Shown here piece by piece: positions 17,583 through 27,754 of a stretch of 35,613 nt of DNA. Below the pieces are notes generated by a model, which had not been told where the DNA came from, searched no databases, and was given only the letters and a program-made list of their open reading frames with translations. The stretch is taken from positions 1 to 35,613 of the forward strand of contig JBCCQY010000095.1 in NCBI GenBank assembly GCA_039208735.1, read 5' to 3'. Each line of letters starts with the position of its first letter. The first letter of the stretch is position 1. The DNA is from Myxococcota bacterium. Lineage in GTDB: Bacteria > Myxococcota_A > UBA796 > GCA-2862545. Position numbers and translations under genes: made by a program.

Positions 17583-20059
17583 TCAGGCAGACCGGATCGC
17601 GGGTCCAAGCAGCGCGGTCAGCTCGCGAAAGGCTTGCTGGACGCTCCGCTCCTCGAGGACGTAGGCGGGCAGCTCCTGCGCCGAGAGCTCCTGCCAGAGC
17701 TGGCCCGCCAGGCGAGGGTGCCCCGCTCGGTGGAGGGCTTCGATCCGCTTCGCGCGGATCAGCACCCGCTCATCGAGGTGACCCACCGCGGCGAGCCGTT
17801 CGTCTGCGCGCTCGGCGACTCGCACCGCCTCGTCGTAGTTTGCACATGCCACGTAAACCCGGGTGAGCAGCCACAGGGACTGGCCTTCGAGCCTCGGCAG
17901 GCCGGCCTCGATCGCGACATGTCGGGCTTCGATGGTGTGTCGCCGGGCTTCGTCGAATTCCTCGCGCTCGAACGCGATGGCTCCGAGGTTCAGGAGGCTC
18001 ACGGCAATCCCGTTGCGGTCCCCGGCCTTCCGAGCCCATTCGAGGAACGCTTCGTTGTGAGGCTGACCGAGCTGAATGTCGTGCTCGGAGGCGACTGCCG
18101 CGAGCGCGAGATCCATGTAGGCCGTCTGGTTGCGGTCACCGACGACCTCGAAGTGGAGCCGGGCCTCGAGATAGGCGCCTTCAGCACCAGCGACGTCCCC
18201 CGTGAAGAACAGGTAGTGGCCGAGGTTGGCGCAAGCGAAGGCTTGCCCCCGGAGCCAACCCGCACGGCGCATCTGCCGGGCCGCGAGGCGAATCGTGGCG
18301 ACGGCTCGTGTTGGGTCTTCGGAGGCCCAGTGGACCCCGGCGAGTTCGTATGCGACGAGGGGATGGTCGGGCGTCAGCGCTCGGGCACGCTCGACGAGAC
18401 CCCGAGCCTCTGCGCCGCGCCCGGCCACCGACAGGGTATTGGCGGCAGCCAGGTAGGCGGCGGACTCGATGTCGGAGGCCCGCGCAGCGGCGGCGATGCG
18501 GGCCGCGCACCACAGGCGATCGACGATCTCGTCGGTGGAGCCGAGCAGCCGCCCCTTCATGAGCTCGAGTTCCGCGTGTTGTCGTGGAGTCAGGCGAGCC
18601 AGGCCGAGGGCGCGGTCGACGAGTCGGCCGGCGACCGACTTCGCTCCATCCATCCGCAGCACGTGCGAAGCCCCGAGCACCGAGGGAACTGCGACATCCG
18701 CGAGCTGGCGCGCGACTCCGAACTCGAAGGCCGCCAGCAGGTTGTCCAGCTCGATCGTGAGCCGTTGTGAGGCTTCGACGCCATCGGGACCCTGGAGGCG
18801 ACCCCGGGCGGTGGTGGCGATGTTGGCGTAGACCTCGGCGTGGCGTCGCCGAGCTCGCTCGACCGCCTCGTCGCCGCGCGCTGCGAGCTGATCACTCGCG
18901 AATCGCCGCACGGTATGGAGAAGCCCCAGGCGAACTCGGCCGTCCGCCACGAGCGATCGCGTCAGCAGCGACGCGCTCAACAGCTCGTCGAGCTGGGCCA
19001 CGGCGCGAACGCCGGTGAATTCGTCGATGTTCTCGGCCTCGAAGCTGCCCGCGAAGACCGAGAGTTCGGCCAGTACGGTCCGGGCACGCACATCGAGCCA
19101 CCGCCACGACCATTCGAGGGTCGCCGAGAGGTCGAGCGTTCGGTCCAACGTGCGGAGGAGCTGGGCCGGTCCGAGGCTGCCGAGCCTCGCCGCCGCGAGT
19201 TCGAGCGCCAGGGGTAGGCGGTCGAGGCGAACCGCGAGGGCTCGCAGGGCCGAATCGCCATCGACCGAGTACCCGCGCTCCTCGGCGCGCAGACGCATCA
19301 GCGCCACCGCATCCGCCTCCCGAAGCGGCAGCAGCTCGAAGACCTGTTCTCCCGGCTGTCCGAGCCGTCGTCGCGACGTGGCGAGCCAGCGAACTTGCGG
19401 GGCGCGAGCTGCCAACGCGGGGAGGAGGGTGGGGTGGCGCACCAGACCCTCGGCGTTGTCGAGCAGAACGAGCAGCGCACCGTGTCCTGCGAGTGCCCGC
19501 CCGAGCGAGTCCCCATCCGACTGGACCTGGAGCGACACCGCGATCCGACGGACGACGTCTTCGGGCTCGACCACGCCTTCGAGGTCGCACACGACGTGGG
19601 GGCCGAGTCGGTAGGCGTCCGCCACCTCGCGCGCCAACGCCGTCTTTCCGACCCCTCCGGTGCCCTTGACCACGACGAGCCCGGGGGTTCGAAGGGCGTC
19701 GATCAGCGCCTGCCGCTCCCGAAGGCGTCCCACCAGGGCAACCCTCGAGGAGCGCGCGGCCAGCGGCACGAACCGATAGCCCCGTCCCCGAACCGTCACC
19801 AAGTGGTCGGGCGCTCGCGGATCCACCTCGACCTTGGCCCTAGCGAGTGCATCGCCTTGTCGGGGGCACGGCTGCGGGTCCCGCTCCGATAGCCGAAGAC
19901 CTCTTCGAGCAGCTGAGCCTTGGTCAAGGTCTGAGCTGGCCGCTCGACGAGGTAGCGCAGCAGATGTAGCTCTCGTGGGGTGAGGCTGCCTTCCTCCCCT
20001 CCCGAGAGCCGGCCGTCCCGCAGGTCGACGACACACCGAGTGAGCCGAACGTGCTGCAC
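17583..20059 (-). pseudogene. OmpR-type wHTH + NB-ARC/AAA ATPase + TPR regulator, split by one frameshift near 19841 (may be a sequencing error)
   Basis: LTPRELHLLRYL..LLEEVFGY..DKAMHSL continues in the -1 frame as RAKVEVDP..HLVTVRGRGYRF. Walker A GTGGVGKT, Walker B LVLLDNAE, LDRLPLALELAA and TPR-like helices follow. Confidence 0.85.
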
Positions 20060-20316
20060 GGAGCTAGAATATTACGTCGGTCGCCTGAAGCTGAGCAATC
20101 GCCACATCTTGGTGGGTGAAGAGTCGTCGAACAACGCCATCATGCTTGGGACGGGTGAACGAAGGTCTTCTTTGGCGACCTGAATGGGGCCAGCAACCCC
20201 CGTAGCAACCCCGAACACGAGCCCCAGATGCCCAAGACGTATGCTGCGTCACGGATCTGGAACTCGACCCCATCGCTTACGATCGCGCGCTAAGCGGTCG
20301 CGGGTCAGGGGGACCG

Positions 20317-21729
20317 ATGTCGCTTTTGCTACTCCTTTTTGCGTGTCAGTGTGGCCGAGATTCGGACGAGGAAGGCGTTCCGCCTCGGGTCGGGGCGGTC
20401 TTCGTCGAGAAACCCCCACCGCCCTCGACCGTTGTGGTGCCGTTGTCTCTGCCGATCGCCGATCTCGAGCGCCTTTTGCACACCGAACTCCCCATGACCC
20501 TCGTGGACAAAGAAAACGAGGAGATCAAGCAGGATGGCAAGGTCAAAGGCCTGCTCGATCTGACGGTCGTACGCACGGACACGCCGGAGTTGGCGGGGCT
20601 CCCGGATGGCCGTGTCAGCCTGTCGCTGCCACTTTCCGCCGAGGCGAAGCTTCACAAGGGCCGACGGCCGCCCATCAAGGTGACGGCGGCCATGCGAATC
20701 ACCACCGAAGTGGATCTCGGTCTCACCGAACACTGGCATCTCGATTCTGACCTGACGCTTGCCTACGAGTGGCTTGAGGATCCGAAGTTCAGTGTTCTCG
20801 GATTGAAATTCAACGTGCGGAAGAAGGTCGACAAGAAGCTGGAGCCCAAGCTTCCAGAAATCGCCGATAAGATCGAAGAGGCGCTTCGCAAGTCCGACAA
20901 GCTGAATCAAAAGATGAATCAATTGTGGGCTCGGATTGGGGAAGCCCAGACCACGAAGGGGGACCCGCCGGGGTGGTTCATCGTTCAACCCGAAACCGTC
21001 TACCTTTCGCGTCTCACCGCGACCGAAACGCATTTGCGACTGACCGCGGGACTCAAGGGGATTGCCGCCTTGGGCCTTGGGGAGCCACCGTCGTTTGAGC
21101 GTGGCCCCTTGCCTCCGATTCAACCGCCGCCCGCGGCCCAAGGGCTTCGTTTGCCCGTCGACGTGGGGCTCTCCTGGGACGAGCTATCCAAGCTGGCCAC
21201 CGAGCAGGTCTCGAATCGGAAGGATAAGTCGTTGGTGGTGGAGGGCGTCGAACTGGCGCTGGCCCTGGCCGGCGTCAAGATCTACCCCTCGGGCGACCGG
21301 CTGGCGGTGGGATTGGGGTACCGCAGCGACGGCGAGATGTGGTCGTCGGACGGCACTGCGTGGTTGCTCGCGGAGCCAGTGGTCGATCCCAAAGCCCGAA
21401 AGCTCACGCTCGCTGGATTCGACTACACGGTCGACACCTGGGACCTTGCCGTCGATGTGGCGAACAGCGATCTCGTCCGCGATGGGGTTCGAGATAGCGT
21501 GGCGCAGCACCTCGAGTTCGACTACGGCGACAAGCTCGACGAAGCTGTAGCCAAGGTGAACGACCGCATTGCGGAACTCAAGCTGCCGAACGGAGCAGGG
21601 GTCCTGAAGGCCCATGTCGATTCGGTCGATCTGCAAGGGGTCGAGCTCCTCGAGGATGCGCTGTTGATCCGTACCCAGGTCGCGGGTACCGCCGAGGTCG
21701 CTTTGGCGCTACCGCCCAAGCCAGAGTGA
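20317..21729 (+). CDS. DUF4403-like exported/lipoprotein
   Basis: Signal ending LFAC; PSTVVVPLSLPIADLE, W..VQPE and KIYPSGDRLAVGL patterns; beta-rich. Confidence 0.7.
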   Translation: MSLLLLLFACQCGRDSDEEGVPPRVGAVFVEKPPPPSTVVVPLSLPIADLERLLHTELPMTLVDKENEEIKQDGKVKGLLDLTVVRTDTPELAGLPDGRVSLSLPLSAEAKLHKGRRPPIKVTAAMRITTEVDLGLTEHWHLDSDLTLAYEWLEDPKFSVLGLKFNVRKKVDKKLEPKLPEIADKIEEALRKSDKLNQKMNQLWARIGEAQTTKGDPPGWFIVQPETVYLSRLTATETHLRLTAGLKGIAALGLGEPPSFERGPLPPIQPPPAAQGLRLPVDVGLSWDELSKLATEQVSNRKDKSLVVEGVELALALAGVKIYPSGDRLAVGLGYRSDGEMWSSDGTAWLLAEPVVDPKARKLTLAGFDYTVDTWDLAVDVANSDLVRDGVRDSVAQHLEFDYGDKLDEAVAKVNDRIAELKLPNGAGVLKAHVDSVDLQGVELLEDALLIRTQVAGTAEVALALPPKPE

Positions 21730-22755
21730 GGTCTGCTCCTCGGTCGAGGCTTCTCGGTGGAGCAGCTGACGCTTGAGGTCGAGGCCCCATCGGTAGCCGG
21801 CGAGTTGACCGTCGCTCCGCACCACCCGATGGCAAGGCACCACCACCGCCACCTCATTGGTCGCGCAGGCGCGGGCCACCGCTCTTGCCCCGCGCGGTTT
21901 GCCGAGGGCTTGAGCAATCTCGGTGTAGGAGCGGACTTCTCCGGGGGGGATCTCCCGAAGAACTTGCCACACTTGCTCTTGAAAGGCCGTGCCCCGGAAA
22001 TCCAGTGGAAGGGTGGGACTCGCTCGGCCATCGAGTGTCTCGACCACGAGTTCGATCCAGGGACCATCGGCTGACGCGACGAGTTCGGCTTTGGCAAAAC
22101 GTGCCTGTAGGGCCTCAAACATAACCTCAGACGGTCCGAGGTCCACCCGGCACACGCCCGCCTGTGTCCACGCGATGAGCACCGGTCCAAGCGAACAGGT
22201 GGTCGTGTGGTAGTAGATGAGCTTTCCGCTGGCTTTCCCTTGGGTTTCGCGTGGGGTCATGCCGAGTTCCTGGCCCAATCCTTCATAAAAGCGGCTTGCC
22301 GAGGGGTATCCGGCGGCGAAGATGGCGTCGCCTACCGATGCTTCGTCGGTCAGCCGCTCACGCGCACGTTCGGTGTGCCGACGACGCCGGTATTGCTGGG
22401 GCGTGACCCCGAGTTCGCGCTTGAACAGTCGGGTCAGGTAGGACGCGCTGATTCCAAGGCTTGCCGCTACTTCGATGGTCGTGGCGGCCCCTGCGTCGAG
22501 GAGCGTGCACGCCCGGACGACGTGCGCGTTGCGGCTGGCGGGCCGGTCAGGACGACATCGTAGGCAGGGGCGGTAGCCTGCCGCCACGGCTTGATCGAGA
22601 TCATCGAAAAACCGAACGTTCCGTCGAAGGGCGCGTCGCGAAGGGCAGCTTGGGCGACAGGCGACCCCGGTTGTGACCACGGCGTAGATGAACGCGTCGT
22701 CGGCGCTTCGGTCTCGAGCGCAGACCGCCTCCCAACGTGCATCGTCAGTCCTCAT
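21709..22755 (-). CDS. ada: Bifunctional Ada regulator / O6-methylguanine-DNA methyltransferase
   Basis: Zn-binding CRPSC...CLRC, an AraC-type HTH, GTAFQEQVW and the active-site PCHRV. Confidence 0.95.
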   Translation of the reverse strand: MRTDDARWEAVCARDRSADDAFIYAVVTTGVACRPSCPSRRALRRNVRFFDDLDQAVAAGYRPCLRCRPDRPASRNAHVVRACTLLDAGAATTIEVAASLGISASYLTRLFKRELGVTPQQYRRRRHTERARERLTDEASVGDAIFAAGYPSASRFYEGLGQELGMTPRETQGKASGKLIYYHTTTCSLGPVLIAWTQAGVCRVDLGPSEVMFEALQARFAKAELVASADGPWIELVVETLDGRASPTLPLDFRGTAFQEQVWQVLREIPPGEVRSYTEIAQALGKPRGARAVARACATNEVAVVVPCHRVVRSDGQLAGYRWGLDLKRQLLHREASTEEQTSLWLGR

Positions 22756-22916
22756 GACCGAACTCCTCCGGCACCGCATAGCGTCGGTGCAAGTAGACGG
22801 TGCATGGCCTTCGGGGGTCCCTCAAACCTCCCGCCGACTGAACTCGAATCTGAGATTCATGGCACGGGATACGCGGCGCCCGCATCGACGGGAGGGGGCG
22901 CCCAGGCTGCGTCACC

Positions 22917-25514
22917 TCAAGCACGTACTCCTGAAGGGTGGTTCCGAGGCTCGTCGTGGTCCGTGGGAGACCCCTGCGGAGGCACGGAGCGCGCGACTCG
23001 AAAGCCGATGCCGGGGTCGCCTTCGAGGGAGCGGGCTCGATCGCGGGCCGCCGCTCGCGCAAGCGTCGGATCGTGGTCCCAGGAGCCTCCTCGGAGGATC
23101 AGACTCGCCAACGCTTCGCTTGCGGCGGTACGGGCGGGTTCGTCGAGCGGCGGCGGTTCAATCCGTTGGCCATGGACCCTGCCGTCGGCGCTGAGGGTCC
23201 AATCCCGCACATTGCCTGCCAAACCCGTGATCCCGTAGGGTCCAACGTCGCTGGCAAACTGGGCGATGGGCACAGGGCCCTGGGGGCGTGAAGCTTGTCC
23301 CTCCCACGTCGCTCGGACCCAGGCCCACGACGGATCGAAATAGTCGCCCATGGGGTACCAGCGACCATCCACGCCGCGGGCTGCCTTTTCCCACTCAAGT
23401 TCGCCGGGGATTCTCCAGGGGTGCCCCGTTTGTTCCCCAAGCCACAATGCGAACGAGCGGGCGAAGGACCATGGCACGCCTGTGACGGGAACATCCGAGT
23501 GCGGGGTCGGTGACAGGCCTTCCTGAGGATGGTCGCGGAGGAAGGGCGCAAAGGTGCGTTGGGTGATCGGCGCCTTGGCCATGATGAAGCCTTCGCACCA
23601 CAGTCGTTGGGCTCGTTGGCCCCCACGGGCCAGCCGGTCGGCTCCGGATCGGAACCACCCCGGGGGAACATAGGCAGCATCGCCATCGACGTAGCCGGTC
23701 GGCGGAAGCCAGATTGGCTGGGGATCGCGCTCCCCCGGGGGCACTCCATCCCAGTGGCCAAGCCGCTCGATTTCGATGGGGTAGGTCACTTTCGGTCGAT
23801 CGGGATGGACCAGCACGCACAGGTAGCTTCCCCGAGGCAAGGCCACCGACACGAGCGGGGTTGGACCAAGATCTTGCTCAAAGACGAGCTTCTTTCTTCG
23901 ATCTTGATCTTCGAATCGGTAGAGATGAACGGCTGCACCGGGCGGCTCCGTCACGATAGTGAGCGCTCCGATTCCCTCGAGCACGGCTGCACAACGCCCA
24001 TGGATGTCGTGGCGACGGATCAGTGCTTCGTGTTCAGCGACACTCTCGTAGTCCCGTCGGGCTTCGGCGGTTCGCAGATGATGCAGGTGGTAGTCCACAA
24101 GTCGGGTGTGGGCTTCCTCGAAGGAGGGATCGTTTTCGAGGGCGGCCGACAGCGACTCTCGGTAGCCAAGTTCGCGAAGGTCAGCTTCCCGCCGAAGCCT
24201 TGCCGCCTCATCGGCCAACGCCCAGCCGAAGGTCTTGGCACTCGCATCATCCCAGGGCCGTACCGAGGCGAGCGCGGTCTCGGACTCCGCTTCGCAGGCG
24301 TCCGCGCGAGCGCGCAGGGCCTCTGCGTCGAGTCTCTTCGCCTCGGCCTCGGCGAGAAGATCCTGGGCGCGTTCTCGGTCGAGTGCACCGTCGAGCCAGG
24401 CTCGAACGTCGTCTGCGAGTTCCTCCGCGGTGGGGTACCGGTCGTCTTTGGGGTGGACCATCGCCCGCTCGCAGATCTCGACGAGTTCGGGAATGGCTTC
24501 CACACCATCCGCACGCCCCGCCGGGGTTTCGGGAGGACCTCGCCGCACTTGCTCGAGGACGTCCCAGGCATCCGTACCGGTGTAGGGCGTTCGACCCGAA
24601 AGGATCTGGTAGAGGATCGCCCCGAGCGAAAACACATCCGACCGCGCGTCAATGTCGGTCTCACCTCGGGCTTGCTCGGGCGACAGGTAGCCCGGGGTAC
24701 CTGAGATGGTGCCCGGTCGCGTGAGGCTTGGGGCGATGATGTCGTCATTGTCGACATCGCCAAGGATCTCGGGTTCCGCATCCTCCAGGGACTTGGCGAG
24801 GCCCCAGTCCAGGATGACCGCTTCACCGAACTCCCCGAGCATCACGTTTTGCGGCTTGAGATCGCGATGGATGACGCCGTGGTCATGGGCGTAGGCCATG
24901 GCCCGACACACTTGCTCGAAGGCGGCAACCAGGCGCCGGACGGTCCAGCCGGACGGGGAGGGGCCTTGATGGACCGAAAGGGCCTCGTGGACCTCGAGGA
25001 TGCACTCTTCAAGGAGGCTGCCTTGAACCTCGGTCATCGTAAGATAGGGCCGTCCGTCCGGCAGCACATCGCGCTCGTGGATGGGCACGATGCCAGGATG
25101 CTGCAACCGCGCCTGGGTCTTGGCTTCTCGAATGAAGCGTTCGGTGGCCATGGTGCGATGTGGCTCACCGCTGTGGTGATGCGCGGATTGCAGGTACTTG
25201 AGGGCCAAGGTCCGATCGAGCCACGGGTCATAGACGCGACGAACCTCCCCCATCCCGCCCGATCCGATCCGACCCAAATCATCGTAGCGAGTGCCCGCAA
25301 GCAACGCCGGGGCCTCGGTTTCGTCCATGGGCGTAGGCACGAGCGCCGCGGGATCCTCGCACTGTGTTTCGTAGTCGAGAAAGGAACAAACCGCGCGGAA
25401 CAGGGCGGGGTCTTGTGCTTCGAGATCGACAAGGAAGTCTTTTCGGTCTTGATCCCGAAGGGATCGGACGGCCAGGTAGGCTTCCTTGATTCGCAAAAAG
25501 GCCGAGGCGTTCAA
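22917..25514 (-). CDS. Ser/Thr protein kinase with PEGA-like and C-terminal FGE-sulfatase (SUMF1) domains
   Basis: GSGGMGEV, ALK, HRDLKPQN, DWG and GTPGYLSPE kinase motifs; EWEKAARG, GNVRDW, RGGSW and GFRV FGE motifs. TTG start with a GGAG RBS. Confidence 0.9.
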   Translation of the reverse strand: MNASAFLRIKEAYLAVRSLRDQDRKDFLVDLEAQDPALFRAVCSFLDYETQCEDPAALVPTPMDETEAPALLAGTRYDDLGRIGSGGMGEVRRVYDPWLDRTLALKYLQSAHHHSGEPHRTMATERFIREAKTQARLQHPGIVPIHERDVLPDGRPYLTMTEVQGSLLEECILEVHEALSVHQGPSPSGWTVRRLVAAFEQVCRAMAYAHDHGVIHRDLKPQNVMLGEFGEAVILDWGLAKSLEDAEPEILGDVDNDDIIAPSLTRPGTISGTPGYLSPEQARGETDIDARSDVFSLGAILYQILSGRTPYTGTDAWDVLEQVRRGPPETPAGRADGVEAIPELVEICERAMVHPKDDRYPTAEELADDVRAWLDGALDRERAQDLLAEAEAKRLDAEALRARADACEAESETALASVRPWDDASAKTFGWALADEAARLRREADLRELGYRESLSAALENDPSFEEAHTRLVDYHLHHLRTAEARRDYESVAEHEALIRRHDIHGRCAAVLEGIGALTIVTEPPGAAVHLYRFEDQDRRKKLVFEQDLGPTPLVSVALPRGSYLCVLVHPDRPKVTYPIEIERLGHWDGVPPGERDPQPIWLPPTGYVDGDAAYVPPGWFRSGADRLARGGQRAQRLWCEGFIMAKAPITQRTFAPFLRDHPQEGLSPTPHSDVPVTGVPWSFARSFALWLGEQTGHPWRIPGELEWEKAARGVDGRWYPMGDYFDPSWAWVRATWEGQASRPQGPVPIAQFASDVGPYGITGLAGNVRDWTLSADGRVHGQRIEPPPLDEPARTAASEALASLILRGGSWDHDPTLARAAARDRARSLEGDPGIGFRVARSVPPQGSPTDHDEPRNHPSGVRA

Positions 25515-25575
25515 AATCTCCCCCCAAACGATCTTGGCTGGGGTCGGGCAACGTGTTCAACGAGTCCAGGAGTCG

Positions 25576-26160
25576 ATGATGTCGGAGCCCTCCGAGTCGA
25601 AGGTTGGTCAGTGGCTTCGTGTGCTTCGCGGCGAGTTGGCCGATCCAGAGCCCGAACGAGAACTCCACGAGATTCTACGTCGCGAGGCCTACTTCGCCCT
25701 GGGCCGCGAACGTCCTGGCCACTCCCTGCAAACGACGTCGTTGGCTCACGAAGCCTACATGAGACTGGTGGGGAGCGAGACGCTGGAACTCGTGGACCGT
25801 GCTCATCTTCGACGTTTGATCGCCAAAGTTACCCGCCAGGTGTTGGTCGACCATGCTCGACGCAAACGGGCCGAGAAACGAGGGGGGGATCCGCTACGGG
25901 TGAGCCTGCATGACCGCCACGCAGAAGATGCGGCGGTTGACATCGACACGTTGGCGCTGAACCAGGCCCTCGAGCAGCTCGAACAACTGGACCCACGGGC
26001 GGCCAAGGTCGTGGAGTTGCGGGCGTTTGGGGACGCCACCGCTGAGGAAGTGGCTGCGGTACTATCGGTCTCTCGCGCTACGGTGCAGAGCGAATGGCGA
26101 TTTGCGCTGACCTGGCTTCGCAAGCAGCTCGCATCGGAGGCTGGCGGAGGCGGAGCGTGA
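25576..26160 (+). CDS. ECF sigma factor, TIGR02999/ECF43-like (kinase-associated)
   Basis: GHSLQTTSLAHEAYMRL, RQVLVDHARRKRAEKRGG, AKVVELRAFG and TVQSEWRFA motifs; AGGAG RBS. Confidence 0.9.
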   Translation: MMSEPSESKVGQWLRVLRGELADPEPERELHEILRREAYFALGRERPGHSLQTTSLAHEAYMRLVGSETLELVDRAHLRRLIAKVTRQVLVDHARRKRAEKRGGDPLRVSLHDRHAEDAAVDIDTLALNQALEQLEQLDPRAAKVVELRAFGDATAEEVAAVLSVSRATVQSEWRFALTWLRKQLASEAGGGGA

Positions 26161-27605
26161 ACGACTACCCCACGATCGACGCGACGGAACTGGCGATGCG
26201 AGTGCGTCGCGGTGAGGTGGGCCCCCGCGACGTCACCGAATGCGCGGTGCGATCCATCGAACATGTCAATCCCAAACTCAACGCTGTGGTCTCGCGGCTG
26301 TACGAGTTGGCCACCGCGAAGGCGCAGGAGCTGGCAGGGCCCTTCGGGGGCGTTCCGATGGTCCTCGAGGACTACCACGGCGCGATGGCGGGCCTTCCCG
26401 TCTCCTCAACGTCGCGGTTTCTGGAGGGACACCGGGCCCCTGCGAATGACCCGTCCGTGACAAGGCTCTTGGCGAGTGGACTGGGCTGTGTGGCCCAGGC
26501 CAACACCCCCGAGTTCGGGCTGTTTGCGACGCAGGGGTCGACGTGGCGAGGAGCGACGCGCAACCCCTGGGTTCCCGACCGAACGGCCGGGGGGGCCGGA
26601 GGTGGCGCGGCGGCGTTGGTTGCGGCGGGAGCGGTGCCCGTGGCCTTGGCCGGCGATGGGATGGGGAGTCTGCGCGTTGCTGCGAGCCTGTGCGGTGTGG
26701 TCGGCCTCAAGCCCACCCGGGGTCGCGTGCCGCTCGGCGTGGCTCCGGGTGCTGAGGCGGGTGGCTATGGGCAATTGGGTCCGTTGGCCCGGTCGGTTCG
26801 AGACGTGGCAGGCCTGCTTGAGGTTCTCGCCGATCGCGAGGGGTTCATCGACGCATGTACGCGGCCTTGCCCCCCGCAACGCATCGCGCTGACCACGGAG
26901 GCCCTGTTCGGTGAGGCAGCCGACCCTGACGGCGTTGCGGCGGTAGAACGCGTCGCTCGATTGCTCGAAGAGCGAGGCCACATCGTTGACATTGCGCGTC
27001 CGTCCATCGATGCCACGGCGCTTGCGCAGGCCTACGTGACCCAGGTGGCCGTGACGACGGCGGTGAAAGTCGCAGGGTGGGGACGCCGGATCGGACGCAA
27101 ACCAAGTCCTCGGGTATTCGACAGCACCACCTGGCTCTTCGTTCAGATCGGCCGTGCCCTTTCCGCAGTGGAGCTGCAGGAAGCCCGAGAGGTGGCCGCG
27201 CGTGCCCAACAGGCGCTTGCCGCATTCCACAAGAACTATGATGTGCTGCTGACGGCCGCGGTTGCCGGACCACCGATGCGGTTGAGTGAGCGCGTCCAAG
27301 GCCTGCCCCAGCGACTTGGCCTGAGGGTGTTGCGGACGGCTCCTATTCCGAGTGCACTGCGTCGGGCGCTCCGGCGCGTTGCCGAGGAAACACTGGACCT
27401 GACGCCCAACACCCCGCTCTTCAACCAAACGGGGCAGCCGGCCATCGTGGTGCCCGCCTTGATCGCCGAGCGGGGGTGGCCGGTTGGGGTTCAACTTGCG
27501 AGTCGGCTCAACGCAGAAGCCACGCTGTTGTCGCTCGCAAGCCAAATCGAAGAGATGGCGCCGTGGCAGGTGCGGCGGCCCACCGTTCGAGCTGAACTCG
27601 CCTGA
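26157..27605 (+). CDS. Amidase-signature family protein with a degenerate catalytic triad
   Basis: NPKLNAVV, GVP, NTPEFG, TRNPW, DGMGSLR, CGVVGLKPTRGR and NQTGQPAI motifs. The GTG start overlaps the sigma stop. Confidence 0.88.
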   Translation: MNDYPTIDATELAMRVRRGEVGPRDVTECAVRSIEHVNPKLNAVVSRLYELATAKAQELAGPFGGVPMVLEDYHGAMAGLPVSSTSRFLEGHRAPANDPSVTRLLASGLGCVAQANTPEFGLFATQGSTWRGATRNPWVPDRTAGGAGGGAAALVAAGAVPVALAGDGMGSLRVAASLCGVVGLKPTRGRVPLGVAPGAEAGGYGQLGPLARSVRDVAGLLEVLADREGFIDACTRPCPPQRIALTTEALFGEAADPDGVAAVERVARLLEERGHIVDIARPSIDATALAQAYVTQVAVTTAVKVAGWGRRIGRKPSPRVFDSTTWLFVQIGRALSAVELQEAREVAARAQQALAAFHKNYDVLLTAAVAGPPMRLSERVQGLPQRLGLRVLRTAPIPSALRRALRRVAEETLDLTPNTPLFNQTGQPAIVVPALIAERGWPVGVQLASRLNAEATLLSLASQIEEMAPWQVRRPTVRAELA

Positions 27606-27642
27606 CAATCCATAGGATCGTGACGGTAAAGCTTGCCACCAA

Positions 27643-27668
27643 CGTTCACTTTTAGGAAAAGTGCAACG
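27643..27668. promoter_or_regulatory. AT-rich inverted repeat (operator or weak terminator)
   Basis: CGTT-CACTTTT-AGG-AAAAGTG-C-AACG in the intergenic region. Confidence 0.35.
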
Positions 27669-27754
27669 AATCTTCGACAGTCGGTCTTCGGTCTGCGCCT
27701 GGCACCGGTGAACGCCATCGCGAATGCGCCTTGCATTCCGCGTCGGAGGTTTAG

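Noticed and set aside
27700..27717. Sigma-54 promoter (TGGCAC...)
   Set aside because: The -12 GC is not at the required GG-N10-GC spacing.
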